From the NCBI GenBank assembly GCA_945917985.1, contig CAMEIH010000001.1, positions 43,984 through 107,983 of the forward strand: a stretch of DNA of 64,000 nt. Direction: 5' to 3'. The notes beneath the pieces are model-generated. The model saw nothing but the letters and a program-made list of their open reading frames with translations, ran no database searches and was not told the origin of the DNA. Source of the stretch: an uncultured Clostridium sp. GTDB lineage: Bacteria > Bacillota > Clostridia > Lachnospirales > Lachnospiraceae. Position 1 is the first letter of the stretch; each line of letters opens with the position of its first letter. Below are positions 39,756-50,020 of the stretch, one piece after another. Position numbers and translations under genes: made by a program.

Positions 39756-40681
39756 TTACAAATAAGCAATCCAACTGTAGGATTTTCATTTTCTCTTTTC
39801 AAGATTCCGTCCACAGCAGCAACATATGTTCCCAACTGCCCCATGTCACCGGGTTCAAAATTTCTTGTTTTAATTTCCACTACCACATAACATTGGTTTT
39901 GAATATTATAGAAAAGCATATCTAAAAATTGTTCTGTCTTTCCCACCTCAAGTCGATACTCTCTTCCAACAAACGCAAACCCTGTTCCTAACTCTAAGAG
40001 AAAATTCTGAACATCAGCCATTAAGGCATCCTTAAGTTCCTTTTCATCATATCCTTCCCGGAGCGCTAAAAAATCAAAATTGTAAGGATCCTTTGTCATC
40101 TGTTGTGCAAGGTCACTTTTTACATCAGGTAAAACTTTTGAAAAATTACTGATCGCTTTCCCCTGTCGCTCATATAAATCTGTATCTAAGAAGTTTAATA
40201 AAACTGCTCTTGACCAATTATTCTCCAAAGTTTTGTGCACATAAAAAAGTGCCTTGTTAACATCTTTTCTGCATTTACCAATAATTTGAATGTGATGTCC
40301 CCATGGAATTTTAAAAACCGTTTCGTCTATGCAATCCACAGCAAGTTGTTGTGGATTTATATCTGTATGGGAATTCTCAACAACTTGTTGTGGATTTTCA
40401 AAATACAATTCGAAGAACCAACACATGTACCTCAAATTTGTAACTGAAAAAGATTTTACATCAGGCAATTCTGCTCTAAGATCTTTACTGATTTTACTAT
40501 AAAAATCTGAACCATATAACGCCAGTTTATTCATTCTTGATATATCTTTTCCAAGATTCCAATAAAACAAAAGCATCTCTTCATTTACCTTGGAAGCTGC
40601 CTTAATCTGACATTGTTTAAAATTCAAACTGATGCTTTTTATCCATTCCGAATATTCCGGATTAATAATAACTTCACCCAT
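39737..40681 (-). pseudogene. YhcG/DUF1016 PD-(D/E)XK protein, 3'-truncated
   Basis: FYWNLG, WGHH, KDPYNFDFL, ELGTGFAFVGRE, VVEIK; stops 5 aa after GLLICK, lacking the usual tail. Confidence 0.8.
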
Positions 40682-40846
40682 AAAAAACAACCTTTCTCTA
40701 TTTTTATCCTCATTGGTTTGAATTTCATCATAATTGTATTATGATATTATTTTTTAAATAAGATGTGCCATATTCTCAATACTGCTCTTTTGAACACCAA
40801 TAATTAAGTGTGCATCAACTTCAAATTTGTTTTCCTGTAATCAATC

Positions 40847-41240
40847 CTAATCTATAACTAAATTCCCCATTGACCTTTCACCTGTTACCTTCTCACCAAG
40901 TCTATTTGCCCAGCCTTCTGTAAAAAATGAAAAGTATGAAATCTGATCATCTTTTCTCTTTTTATGTAAATTCGGCAAAAATCCCCACAAAGTTGAAGGT
41001 ATCCCAATTACAATAAGATAAAGTGGTCCTAAAATAAGGGACTGTATTGTATGACCATATTCATGCACAAGAAGTCTTCTTGAAAGTTCATCTTTTGTAT
41101 ACCCATCTTTTAATTTATTATAAAAGTATGGTTCTTTCGTTACAAATACAAACATTCCCAAAGAGACACTTGATTTATCATTCCATTCTGTTATTACTGC
41201 CCCATGTACACTGCACGCTAAAATACAAAACATTTTTCAT
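40847..41240 (-). pseudogene. HEXXH membrane protein with apparent 5' deletion/frameshift
   Basis: ATG 41240 MKNVLYFSVQCTWG is out of frame with HGAVITEW...VHEYGH. Confidence 0.55.
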
Positions 41241-41406
41241 AGTATGTTTTCCACCAATTTCGATTTGTCAAATTCATAAAATATGAAATTCTTATATAAT
41301 CGTAAAACGAATAACACACGCATGAACTAAATCCGGATCACAGTTTTCACATAGAATGCCAGTAGCCCTTTTAAAAACAATGCCCTCCGCTTTTTGGACC
41401 TTCTCT

Positions 41407-41718
41407 TTATTTCCGTTTTCTTAATACAAGTAATACGGTAAACACTATAACAAAAAATAATATATAGGTAACCAAAAGACTTATAGGCTCAAAAGATAAC
41501 CAAGTTTCACCTTGTATATCCTGATTTGGAGACGCTGACATTGGAAAAGTCTTATTCATCATGATTCCAAATCCATCATAACCTACCCATTCACCACCTG
41601 AATAAGTAATACATAAAAACATTTTTTTCATTACAAAATATGTTAACAGGTTAATAGCAATCCCAAGCAGATTTACAATGCCTGAAATTAATAAAGATTT
41701 TTTTATAATATGCTTCAT
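41407..41718 (-). CDS. Hypothetical membrane protein (2 TM)
   Basis: ORF with GAGGG RBS and two hydrophobic helices. Confidence 0.7.
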   Translation of the reverse strand: MKHIIKKSLLISGIVNLLGIAINLLTYFVMKKMFLCITYSGGEWVGYDGFGIMMNKTFPMSASPNQDIQGETWLSFEPISLLVTYILFFVIVFTVLLVLRKRK

Positions 41719-41728
41719 TTCATACCCT

Positions 41729-42199
41729 CTATACTTTCTTGTAAAAAACTAATGTCAACTTATCATTAATGGATTCTGTCTTTCCGGTCTTGCGATACCC
41801 CATTTTTTCATAAAAATAGCAATTGCCCTTTTCTTGCAAAATAGTATCAAGTTCCCAATTTGATTTGCCGTGTATTTCTTCTACAAGATTTATAGCTATC
41901 TGCGCATATCCTTTATTTCTGTATTCTTCCATGATAAAAATGGGGGATATTCTTTTGGATTTTCCTTCTTCTTTCTTATCAACTACTCTGACAGCACCGA
42001 CCTTAACCTCATCAATCACAATAAAATAATAATATGTAAATGGTTGTTTCAATCGCATAATTATCTTATCGATTTTTTCCGTTGCCGGACTGGTTTCTGT
42101 ATCCTGGTATTTTGCATATAATCCTTGAAATGCTTCCACTTGCATCTTCCAAAGCAATTCCGCTTCCTCAAGTCCAATTCTTACTAATTTAGAGTTCAT
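41729..42199 (-). CDS. GNAT acetyltransferase
   Basis: YRNKGYA, FYEKMGY. Confidence 0.88.
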   Translation of the reverse strand: MNSKLVRIGLEEAELLWKMQVEAFQGLYAKYQDTETSPATEKIDKIIMRLKQPFTYYYFIVIDEVKVGAVRVVDKKEEGKSKRISPIFIMEEYRNKGYAQIAINLVEEIHGKSNWELDTILQEKGNCYFYEKMGYRKTGKTESINDKLTLVFYKKV

Positions 42200-42229
42200 T
42201 AGTTCTTCTCCATAAAATATCATTTTTAC

Positions 42230-42452
42230 TCATATTATCATATTCATCCTAAGAAGGCCCTCTCGTTTCCTTCTGTTCCGGAAATTGTTCATCATATTAC
42301 CCATTCATCAGGCACAAATTCAACCCGGGATTATTGAACATAGCAAATCTTTTTCCGTTAGTTGCACTTACTTTCATATCTAATACTTTTTCATAAAAAT
42401 CCAACGATTTGTCAAAATCTTTTACAACTAAGTAAATTGATCCCCAATTCAT
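42230..42452 (-). pseudogene. VOC/glyoxalase gene with nonsense codons, truncated
   Basis: MNWGSIYLVVKDFDKSLDFYEKVL...LMNG*YDEQFPEQKETRGPS*DEYDN. Confidence 0.65.
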
Positions 42453-42485
42453 ACTATTGCCTCCCCTGTACCAAAAAAATTGCAA

Positions 42486-43046
42486 TTATGTATTTTTTGC
42501 AAGTACACCTTCGCGCCACTTCTCGATAATCTTCTTTATATTTGCTTCCGGTGTCTCAGTTCCATCCAGTTCCATCTTTACGCAAGGTAAGCTGTTCATC
42601 CATTCTTTCTGTTCCTGAAGATTTGGAGAACCGTTACTTTCGTAGCTTCTATTAGATTCAAGAAACTTCATATGGTTAAGATACATGTCTCCGCCCGCAA
42701 GCACTCGTTTACCAAATCTTTCAACTGCGCGATCATGAACTCTATTAACCCGCACATTCGGCTCAACATATAAAAGCACCATCAACTCAAACATCTCATC
42801 AAATGCCTGATGAAAAGAGCTCATTGATCCTGCCATCACAAAATGTTCACATGATGAAACTGCTTGGCTTAATCTGTTTATCTTTTCTTCACGGCTATAC
42901 ATTACCGTATATGGCTTTTCAGTATCCGTTCTCCAAATATAATCATCCACATCATAGTATGGATACCCTAATTCGTTAGCCAATAACTTCCCAAGTGTAG
43001 TTTTGCCACTTCCGGAAGGGCCAATAATCATGATTCCCGTTGCCAT
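42486..43046 (-). CDS. P-loop kinase (AAA/shikimate-kinase-like)
   Basis: GPSGSGKTT, DVDDYIW. Confidence 0.85.
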   Translation of the reverse strand: MATGIMIIGPSGSGKTTLGKLLANELGYPYYDVDDYIWRTDTEKPYTVMYSREEKINRLSQAVSSCEHFVMAGSMSSFHQAFDEMFELMVLLYVEPNVRVNRVHDRAVERFGKRVLAGGDMYLNHMKFLESNRSYESNGSPNLQEQKEWMNSLPCVKMELDGTETPEANIKKIIEKWREGVLAKNT

Positions 43047-43090
43047 TGTTATTTCTCCCATCGGCACAAAAAAAGAATTTCCGGATTCCC

Positions 43091-43507
43091 TTAACCGAGG
43101 TTGTCACTTCCAATTTCCAAAAGATTTCCTTCCGGGTCAGACACATAAAAATTCCTAATGCCAAAAGGATATGTAATTGGTCCACCTGCCGGGAACTTCA
43201 CATCCAGCTTAGATAACCTCTCGTATTCCTCATCAATATCCTCATAAGTCGGAAGCCACATTCCAATCTCAAAAGTTTGATTTAACCCGTCCGCAGGCCT
43301 ATAATCTTCATTGATAGCCTTAACAAACTCTTCCTTGCTATACATGAAAAAGGACAACCTGCCGCCGGCTGTAAAAAACTCTGCAAAAGCTCCTCCATCC
43401 CAGTCAGTTTCAAATCCTAAGATATCTCTGTAAAAGCAAACCATCCTGTCCATGTTTTCTGCAAAAATACATACCCCTGTTCGTACATTTCTTCCATTCA
43501 TTTTCAT
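43091..43507 (-). CDS. VOC/glyoxalase family protein
   Basis: FYRDILGF, PFGIRNFYVSDPEGNLLEI. Confidence 0.88.
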   Translation of the reverse strand: MKMNGRNVRTGVCIFAENMDRMVCFYRDILGFETDWDGGAFAEFFTAGGRLSFFMYSKEEFVKAINEDYRPADGLNQTFEIGMWLPTYEDIDEEYERLSKLDVKFPAGGPITYPFGIRNFYVSDPEGNLLEIGSDNLG

Positions 43508-43543
43508 CCCTCCGGTCAAAAGATAGTACAAAATGATATCTCT

Positions 43544-43760
43544 CTAAATCAATTTAAATAGTCCTTCTACTATGTAATACATATCACCCTTTGTTCTCGA
43601 CCCATCATTTACAAGGCAGACAACACCATTCTCTTTGCATTCTGCTTTCACTTGTCTAGCAAAAAGAATATCTCGTTCCATCCAATTATCGAAAGCCTGT
43701 CTTTTATCAGAACATCCTTCCAAAACATATGGTACCCATTCCCGCTCTTTATAGTGAGAA
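43544..43760 (-). pseudogene. 3' remnant of a hypothetical gene
   Basis: Open frame without start: ISHYKEREWVPYVLEGCSDKRQAFDNWMERDILFARQV...LFKLI*. Confidence 0.55.
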
Positions 43761-43761
43761 A

Positions 43762-44313
43762 TCAGAAAATACCATTTCTGAAATCACCTCCGTGCTTAAG
43801 CGCCAGCCACTCCTCCCTTGTAATTGCAAATACTTTAGTTATCTCATTTTCCTCATCCTCGAATTCATCAACCTGCCTACATCCCCAGGACATTGCAGAC
43901 CTTGCTGAAGGCAAATTTGTATATTTCATATAGGAAAAAATCATAGTAAACGGCGTGTTTTCAAAAGTCCAATCTCTTACCGCACTCGCCGCTTCCTTAG
44001 CATAACCTTTTCGCTGCATATCTTTCCGGATATGATATCCGATTTCAGGTTTGATCACACCACCAATATTCTGCATAGTCAGTCCGCAGTCACCAATCAT
44101 CTCCCCTGTGTCTTTCAGACAGACCGCCCATAAGCCAAATCCAAATATCCGGTATCTTTCTATATTCCTGTCGATCCACCCTCGTACTCTCTGCTCATCA
44201 AATGTGTACGGATAATGCTGCATAATATCGGAGTCTGCCAGAACAGCAAAAAGTGCATCGTAATCATCCTGATTCATTTCTCTCAAAAATAATCTTTCTG
44301 TTTCTATCCTCAT
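43762..44313 (-). CDS. GNAT acetyltransferase (RimJ/RimL type)
   Basis: IETERLFLRE, IGDCG, EIGY, QRKGYAKEA. Confidence 0.9.
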   Translation of the reverse strand: MRIETERLFLREMNQDDYDALFAVLADSDIMQHYPYTFDEQRVRGWIDRNIERYRIFGFGLWAVCLKDTGEMIGDCGLTMQNIGGVIKPEIGYHIRKDMQRKGYAKEAASAVRDWTFENTPFTMIFSYMKYTNLPSARSAMSWGCRQVDEFEDEENEITKVFAITREEWLALKHGGDFRNGIF

Positions 44314-44339
44314 TGTTATTGCTCACCGTACAATAATTT

Positions 44340-44837
44340 CTAATTGTTTATAACAGTATTACAAATATCGCTAACAATGCTTTCAATATCCCTTTCAGAT
44401 GTAATGCTAACTTCATTTAATACATCAGAAAAATCCTTTTCTCGCCACCACCTGCGCATTTCTTCCTCACCAAAATCATTGCAATTAGGCTTTGTTTGGT
44501 GTCGTTTTAATGTTTCTTCAAAAGGTATATCAAAATAGTATGCATATACTTTTGTATCATATAATTGAATAGCCAGCTCAAACAAGGATTTATACCAATC
44601 TGCATACATAATGCCTTCTAAAACAACAAAATCGCTATGGCTACTGCCATAAACTAAAAGTTCTTTCATAAGTGGCAGTGCAAGTGTATTTTCTCCATCT
44701 TTGACTCTAAGCATATCTCTTCTAATTACATCTTGTGAAATAAGCATAGGGTTTCTGCCAAATCTCCGTTGCAATTCTTTGGCAATTGTGGTTTTTCCAC
44801 TACCTGAATTTCCTCTAAGTATAATAAGTTTTCCCAT
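44340..44837 (-). CDS. P-loop kinase
   Basis: LIILRGNSGSGKTT, SQDVIRR. Confidence 0.85.
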   Translation of the reverse strand: MGKLIILRGNSGSGKTTIAKELQRRFGRNPMLISQDVIRRDMLRVKDGENTLALPLMKELLVYGSSHSDFVVLEGIMYADWYKSLFELAIQLYDTKVYAYYFDIPFEETLKRHQTKPNCNDFGEEEMRRWWREKDFSDVLNEVSITSERDIESIVSDICNTVINN

Positions 44838-44855
44838 ATCATCGCCCTTAAATTT

Positions 44856-45248
44856 TTATCTTACTCTATACCATTCTCCGGATGTAACATCTTTTTTCAA
44901 AGCTAACTCATACCCACCATCTCCATGGTACAAATAGATTTCAGTATCCTCCGGTTCCAGTTCCAAAACAAATTCATTCTTTGCACCAATAGAGCTGTTA
45001 AATCCTCCCCAGGCAGAATAAAACTTCAAATAGTGCGGTTTTACACCGCCACCTTCATCTTTATAGCCTCTTACATATCGCATTGAAGAACCAACACCTA
45101 CTTTAAAAGTGATCATACTTCCGTCTTCAGAGACAACAAAATCATCTGTTATATATGTATTTGTTTGAATTGAGAAGCCTGATGCTATTATCCATAAGAA
45201 TACAAGACCTAGGGCAACTAATATAATAATAATCACTTTTTTCTTCAT
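44856..45248 (-). CDS. Hypothetical exported/membrane-anchored protein
   Basis: MKKK plus hydrophobic helix; beta-rich domain. Confidence 0.7.
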   Translation of the reverse strand: MKKKVIIIILVALGLVFLWIIASGFSIQTNTYITDDFVVSEDGSMITFKVGVGSSMRYVRGYKDEGGGVKPHYLKFYSAWGGFNSSIGAKNEFVLELEPEDTEIYLYHGDGGYELALKKDVTSGEWYRVR

Positions 45249-45251
45249 AAT

Positions 45252-45701
45252 TTATAAATCCTTGCAATATATTCTGGAAGGTTCTCCTCCAATGTCATTC
45301 ATGATCTGATAAAACTCACATCCATATTTTTCATACAAGCCTTCATGGTTTGTTGAAATGTAGATTTTATGAACATCCTCTGTCTTTGCGATTTTTGCTA
45401 TTTCTTCAAACAGCATTCCCACATAGTGATGTCCTCTTCTCTGTGGAAATGTATAGACCCAACCCATCCAAGGCTTCAGATCAGTCGGTTGGATATCATC
45501 TTTTTCTGCGTATGTACAAAATGATATCAGTTCATCGCCTTCTACCAGCATCAGAACCCTAACATTATCGCCAACATACTCCTGCAATTTGCCTTGTTTC
45601 AACAGATCATGCAGGAATTGCCCGGCTCCCCAATCGCATCTTCCAATTTCCTCAAGCCAGTGCTCCTGTTTATCACTTTCAAAATAATTAATTACCTTCA
45701 T
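45252..45701 (-). CDS. GNAT acetyltransferase
   Basis: PWMGWVYTFPQRRG, LYEKYG. Confidence 0.88.
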   Translation of the reverse strand: MKVINYFESDKQEHWLEEIGRCDWGAGQFLHDLLKQGKLQEYVGDNVRVLMLVEGDELISFCTYAEKDDIQPTDLKPWMGWVYTFPQRRGHHYVGMLFEEIAKIAKTEDVHKIYISTNHEGLYEKYGCEFYQIMNDIGGEPSRIYCKDL

Positions 45702-45717
45702 CGGTTCTCTCTCCTTA

Positions 45718-46430
45718 TCATTCAGACTCATTTCCGTTCTTCTTTTCAAATATTCTTAATGCCTCATCCCAATACTTTTCCTCAATATTGTACCAGTTAT
45801 CTTTATATCCATTTAATCTCATAGCTTCGTTTAAAACTGTTCCATGAGAGATTTCACCTGTATAAAGCAAATGCTCCGTAATCCTGCACCAGTAGGGTGC
45901 GATGTCCCAAAGCCCCGATTCATGTATTTCTTTTATGACACGCTCAACATCATAATCCAATGATATAAATCTATACTCCCATTCCTGTCCATCCGAGTTA
46001 AGTATCATATATTGTGTCTTCATTTTACTGTGAAGCGGAACTCCTACAGCACCGGCATTCAGAACAGTTTTTTCGTCATTCAAAATTATTTGTTGCGTAT
46101 GCGTATGACCACAGACAATATATCGCTCTGCGCATTCCTTAACCACTTCCCTGGTTTTTTCGTCATCAGGCAGCAGCTTCCCTCTGTTGTTTACCGGTGT
46201 TCCATGACATAGTAAAATAGGTGCAGCACCATCAAATTGAATGCTCTCACATATTGGTAATGTTTCAAAAAAATCAATATCTTTTGCTGTCAGATTTTCA
46301 TAGCAGCAGATCATGGCACCTACACTATGATTGCCATTTTTCCAATCACAATTGATATCTTTTCTCCGGTTAATCCAATAATCTTCCTTGTTGCCCCTGA
46401 TGAAAAAACATTGATTTTTTTCACGCATAT
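45718..46430 (-). pseudogene. Metallophosphoesterase, 5'-truncated
   Basis: RGNKEDY, LCHGTP, CGHTH, LNAGAVG present; N-terminal DxH and GD motifs missing. Confidence 0.7.
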
Positions 46431-46436
46431 CATAAC

Positions 46437-46600
46437 AAAATTTGTTCAAAAACTACCGACGAGGGTACAGCATGCCGATTCCTGCTCATATACCCTTCTT
46501 GCTCCATTTTACAGAGTAAATTGTTGTTCAAATACTCCCATCGAGGGTACAGCACGCCGATTCCTGCTCATATACCCTCCTTGCGCCATTTTCACAGAGT
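46437..46600. repeat. Two tandem ~83-bp direct repeats with internal hairpin
   Basis: CGAGGGTACAGCAYGCCGATTCCTGCTCATATACCCTYCTTGC repeated at about 46460 and 46542. Confidence 0.9.
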
Positions 46601-46693
46601 TAGATGCTATATTTAGTATTGTCCCGTAATAAAATGTCATCTTTTCGGCTGCAGACAAAAAGCATCCCTCTACTGAAAGAGCCCGATTAGCTA

Positions 46694-47137
46694 TCAAACC
46701 TGATTCAAATCAAGGGATCTGAAGTAATCCGTTTCATCTTCATCAAAAATGACAAATCTCAAACTCTCATACAGTTTACCGGCAACAGCATTTGTCTTTC
46801 GATGTCCTATATGAATTTCAGAAACCTTATAGTCATTTTTCAGCTTTTCAATCGCTGACTTCATTGCAGCTTTAGAGTATCCGTTTCCCTGATACTTCTC
46901 GTCAATCATCAACGGATTAATATATCCTGATACGCCATCCTCGTCGTATCCTATACCAATCAGGCCTACAATAGTTTCATCATTTTTGATTGCATATAGC
47001 GTTGTTTTTTCCTCATACCTACTGATACCAACCCAGTATACATTCGGAATGGGAAATACATTTTTCTGTTCTTCTGAAACGGAAAGCTCCATCGTTTCCA
47101 GCCAATTATCTACATTTAATTCTTCTAATATTATCAT
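46694..47137 (-). CDS. GNAT acetyltransferase (polyamine acetyltransferase-like)
   Basis: LSVSEEQ, LMIDEKYQGNGY, N.VA.KLYESL. Confidence 0.88.
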   Translation of the reverse strand: MIILEELNVDNWLETMELSVSEEQKNVFPIPNVYWVGISRYEEKTTLYAIKNDETIVGLIGIGYDEDGVSGYINPLMIDEKYQGNGYSKAAMKSAIEKLKNDYKVSEIHIGHRKTNAVAGKLYESLRFVIFDEDETDYFRSLDLNQV

Positions 47138-47232
47138 TGATTATCCTCGTAAATTCTTATCAAACCCTATAATTTGTTATTTGCTTTCTACTGTGCAACA
47201 TATCTGGCAAGTTCAAGTGCAATATCAAAATG

Positions 47233-47808
47233 TCACGAATCCTGCAATACCGAATAAACATCCCGTCCTATCTTTTCACTGAAATAATCCTTCAGTTGCA
47301 GATTCTTATCCCATTTATCCTGTGGAAACGTGCCATACCTTCGTTTGACATCTCCCATTCTCTCCTCCATGGAAACCACACCCTCTGCTGAACCGATTGC
47401 ATCACAAAGCTGAATCAGTCTGTCGTAATCGTCATAAACAAGCTGTCCCAGATAATCCTCTATCACTTTCTGCTGTTCCTTCGTCACATCAAAATTACCG
47501 ATATAATCCTCTATCCTCTGAATACTGAAGGAATGGGACGCACAGATTCTCGCCACCTCGTCATAACCAAGTTCTGTCATATACCTGTATCCGTCATAGA
47601 TATGCCCGAAATGCTTCACGCCGAATTTTCTGCCAATATCATGTAAAAGTCCAAGTACAAACGCTTTCTCTGCATCCATATCCGGACATTCTCCTGCAAT
47701 CCGCTCCGCGCAAAAAGCTACTACCTCGCTGTGTCTGACCCATGCACCGGGATTATGTAATTCTGCGTCCGCCAATAATTTTTTTGCCTCTGCTCTGTCT
47801 GGAAACAT
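47233..47808 (-). CDS. HD domain protein
   Basis: HS..VA, GLLHDIG, H..DGY, CD. Confidence 0.88.
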   Translation of the reverse strand: MFPDRAEAKKLLADAELHNPGAWVRHSEVVAFCAERIAGECPDMDAEKAFVLGLLHDIGRKFGVKHFGHIYDGYRYMTELGYDEVARICASHSFSIQRIEDYIGNFDVTKEQQKVIEDYLGQLVYDDYDRLIQLCDAIGSAEGVVSMEERMGDVKRRYGTFPQDKWDKNLQLKDYFSEKIGRDVYSVLQDS

Positions 47809-47830
47809 ATGTAACCTCCCCGTTTTTCCC

Positions 47831-48532
47831 TCAATCCTTCTTCCACGGTCTTGCCTTTGAAAGCCAGCCCTGTTCCTCCCAATACTGCTTCTCTGCCTTT
47901 GAGGCTCCCCAGTCTGCCAACTGCATTCCTCTGTAGAACAGGAATAAACCCTTTGTCTTTATTCCCACGTGAACCTGCTTTTTCCTTTGGATTTTAGCAG
48001 CAATCCTGTCTGTATCCTTTTCAATCCTGGTCTTTATCTTCTCAGGGACCATTTCCCAGTTCATTGCATTCACCGCAATGCCATAGCGGGTCACCTCCGG
48101 GATTCCCCAGTTCATCAGATTATCCGCTATCAGCTTCGTCGTTTTTCCGGCTCCGGCACCTGCTGCCGTAGAGATCACCACCGCCCGCTTTGAAAACAGC
48201 TCTTTCACCGGTCTGTGTGTCATCCAGTTTGTAAAGAAAAGATCTAAGAAAGCCTTCATTGGTGCGGATGGCATCATACAATAAGTGGGACTGGTAAAAA
48301 TAAGAAGATCAGCCGCAAGCATATCCTCAAAAATCGGAACCTTTTCAGACCAATAGGGACACCTTTCCCTTGCTTCCAGGCAGAAATAACAGCCGCAGCA
48401 AAAATGATTCAGATTCTTTGGCAGAAAATATTCCCTGATTTCCTGATCTCCTGACAGTTTGTCTGCCAGTATATTGCCGATTTTCCATGTACTTCCTTTA
48501 TGATTTTGTCCGTTGATCACTACTATCTTCAT
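47831..48532 (-). CDS. Flavodoxin / NAD(P)H-dependent FMN reductase-like protein
   Basis: VINGQNHKGST, CxGCxxC...C, SPTY. Confidence 0.85.
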   Translation of the reverse strand: MKIVVINGQNHKGSTWKIGNILADKLSGDQEIREYFLPKNLNHFCCGCYFCLEARERCPYWSEKVPIFEDMLAADLLIFTSPTYCMMPSAPMKAFLDLFFTNWMTHRPVKELFSKRAVVISTAAGAGAGKTTKLIADNLMNWGIPEVTRYGIAVNAMNWEMVPEKIKTRIEKDTDRIAAKIQRKKQVHVGIKTKGLFLFYRGMQLADWGASKAEKQYWEEQGWLSKARPWKKD

Positions 48533-48543
48533 AATCGCTTCCT

Positions 48544-49218
48544 TTATCTTTTTAACCCTTTCAGATATTCCTTCTGTTCCTCCGTGATCCGATAACTCTC
48601 ACGAGCCTTCTGTATGGTCTTGTTATGAACCCAGGTGTCCAGTCTGTGCCCCTCGATGTAGGGAATGGTGGTATCCCACTGCTTTGCAAGTGCTGTGGCA
48701 AAAAACCATGCGATCATCATATTGACATAGTATTCTTCCGAGTGGACACCGGCAGGGATTTCCAAATATTCCGGTGCATAGTCCTCATCAAGGAAATGGC
48801 TCATCAACATTTCCAGGCCGAACCGGCAGGTATATACAAGGTCCGATGCTGCCCATTCTCTGATTTTTTCAAGCAGCTTTGCTTTATGCTTCTTAAACAC
48901 CTTGGGAGACATGATATCGCAGACAGCCCAGTTATCTACATAGGGCAAAAACAAATCCACCGCCCGGATGCAATCATCGTAATCCTTCATCTCTGAAAGC
49001 ACCAGTCCATGCAGCATATTTTCATCATAGTACTGATGCGGCAATTCCTTTAAGAACTCCTGACATTCCGGATCCTTGCTGTAGCTTTTGGCAAGCTTTC
49101 TAACCTCCGGCACGCGTACGCCGATAAAGGCTTCTCCGGGGATTCCGGGTGTTAATTTACTTTGAAATTCCGCATATTCCTTATCCTGCAGCTCAAAGAG
49201 CTTTTTCTGTATCTCCAT
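48544..49218 (-). CDS. DNA alkylation repair protein (AlkD-like)
   Basis: GVRVP..R, DNWAVCD, YYVNMMIAW. Confidence 0.88.
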   Translation of the reverse strand: MEIQKKLFELQDKEYAEFQSKLTPGIPGEAFIGVRVPEVRKLAKSYSKDPECQEFLKELPHQYYDENMLHGLVLSEMKDYDDCIRAVDLFLPYVDNWAVCDIMSPKVFKKHKAKLLEKIREWAASDLVYTCRFGLEMLMSHFLDEDYAPEYLEIPAGVHSEEYYVNMMIAWFFATALAKQWDTTIPYIEGHRLDTWVHNKTIQKARESYRITEEQKEYLKGLKR

Positions 49219-50020
49219 GTTCTCTCCCTGTCTCCTTCGTCTTAAACTCATATAACCGATACATCTTTTTGGACATTTTTCCGCCTAATACCGTCTTGAA
49301 GAAGACTCTCTCAAATCCCTTCAGTTCATCAACCAGATCATCCGGTGTCATGTCAAGTTCCCCTGTAAAGCGCATACCGGTGCTGTCTGCAAGCTTTGCC
49401 GGATCATCCAGACCGGACGTAACCTGGGCTCCCACATCCTTGATCGGATTTTTGTATTTGGATGCTTTTACTGCAAACTCTGTATAGCAGTCCATCAACA
49501 GCGTCAGATTGTCGAAATGCTCCTTAAGTCCGGCCAGCAGATTCTCAAGCTCCGGAATCTGAAAGTACATGCTGACACCCTCCATGACCACAACTGCATG
49601 TTCACACGCAGGCAGCTCCCCGATCCAGACTGTCTGCCTTGCGTCTGCGGCCAGCATCCGATAATTTTCGGTTTCCCGATAGTATTTTCTGCGCTCTTCA
49701 ATAACGGAAGGAAAATCCACATCATACCATACGGTTTCCTTCTTCCCGATTCTCTCCACTCTGCTGTCCATGCCGCATCCGATATGTAATACCAGCGCTT
49801 CCGGCGCATTCTCCAGCTGTTCTCGCACCCATCTGTCAAACACGGCACTGCGCATGCCCATATAGTAAGTAAACCATTTGGACTTTGCTTTTCCATGAAG
49901 GGTGAAGCCTTCCTTTTCCCATATCAGCTCAGCCTTGGGATCGTGAAGGATGATTCCCTTTTTGCTCACTGCTGCCTTTCCATATAATGGAATATACAAT
50001 GTCTTATTTACTGAATTCAT
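49193..50020 (-). CDS. SAM-dependent methyltransferase (LCM/TcmP-like)
   Basis: TLYIPLY, HIGCGMDSR, DVDFP, EGVSMY. Confidence 0.88.
   Translation of the reverse strand: MNSVNKTLYIPLYGKAAVSKKGIILHDPKAELIWEKEGFTLHGKAKSKWFTYYMGMRSAVFDRWVREQLENAPEALVLHIGCGMDSRVERIGKKETVWYDVDFPSVIEERRKYYRETENYRMLAADARQTVWIGELPACEHAVVVMEGVSMYFQIPELENLLAGLKEHFDNLTLLMDCYTEFAVKASKYKNPIKDVGAQVTSGLDDPAKLADSTGMRFTGELDMTPDDLVDELKGFERVFFKTVLGGKMSKKMYRLYEFKTKETGREHGDTEKAL

Noticed and set aside
42276-42292. Junction-motif-like TTCCGGAAATTGT
   Set aside because: Lies within the decayed VOC reading frame (EQFPEQ), not at a gene boundary.
46437-46600. CRISPR mini-array
   Set aside because: Only two units, similar along nearly the whole length with no unique spacer, and no cas genes.
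46509-46697. 62-aa ORF as a real gene
   Set aside because: Runs through the tandem repeat with no recognisable domain.
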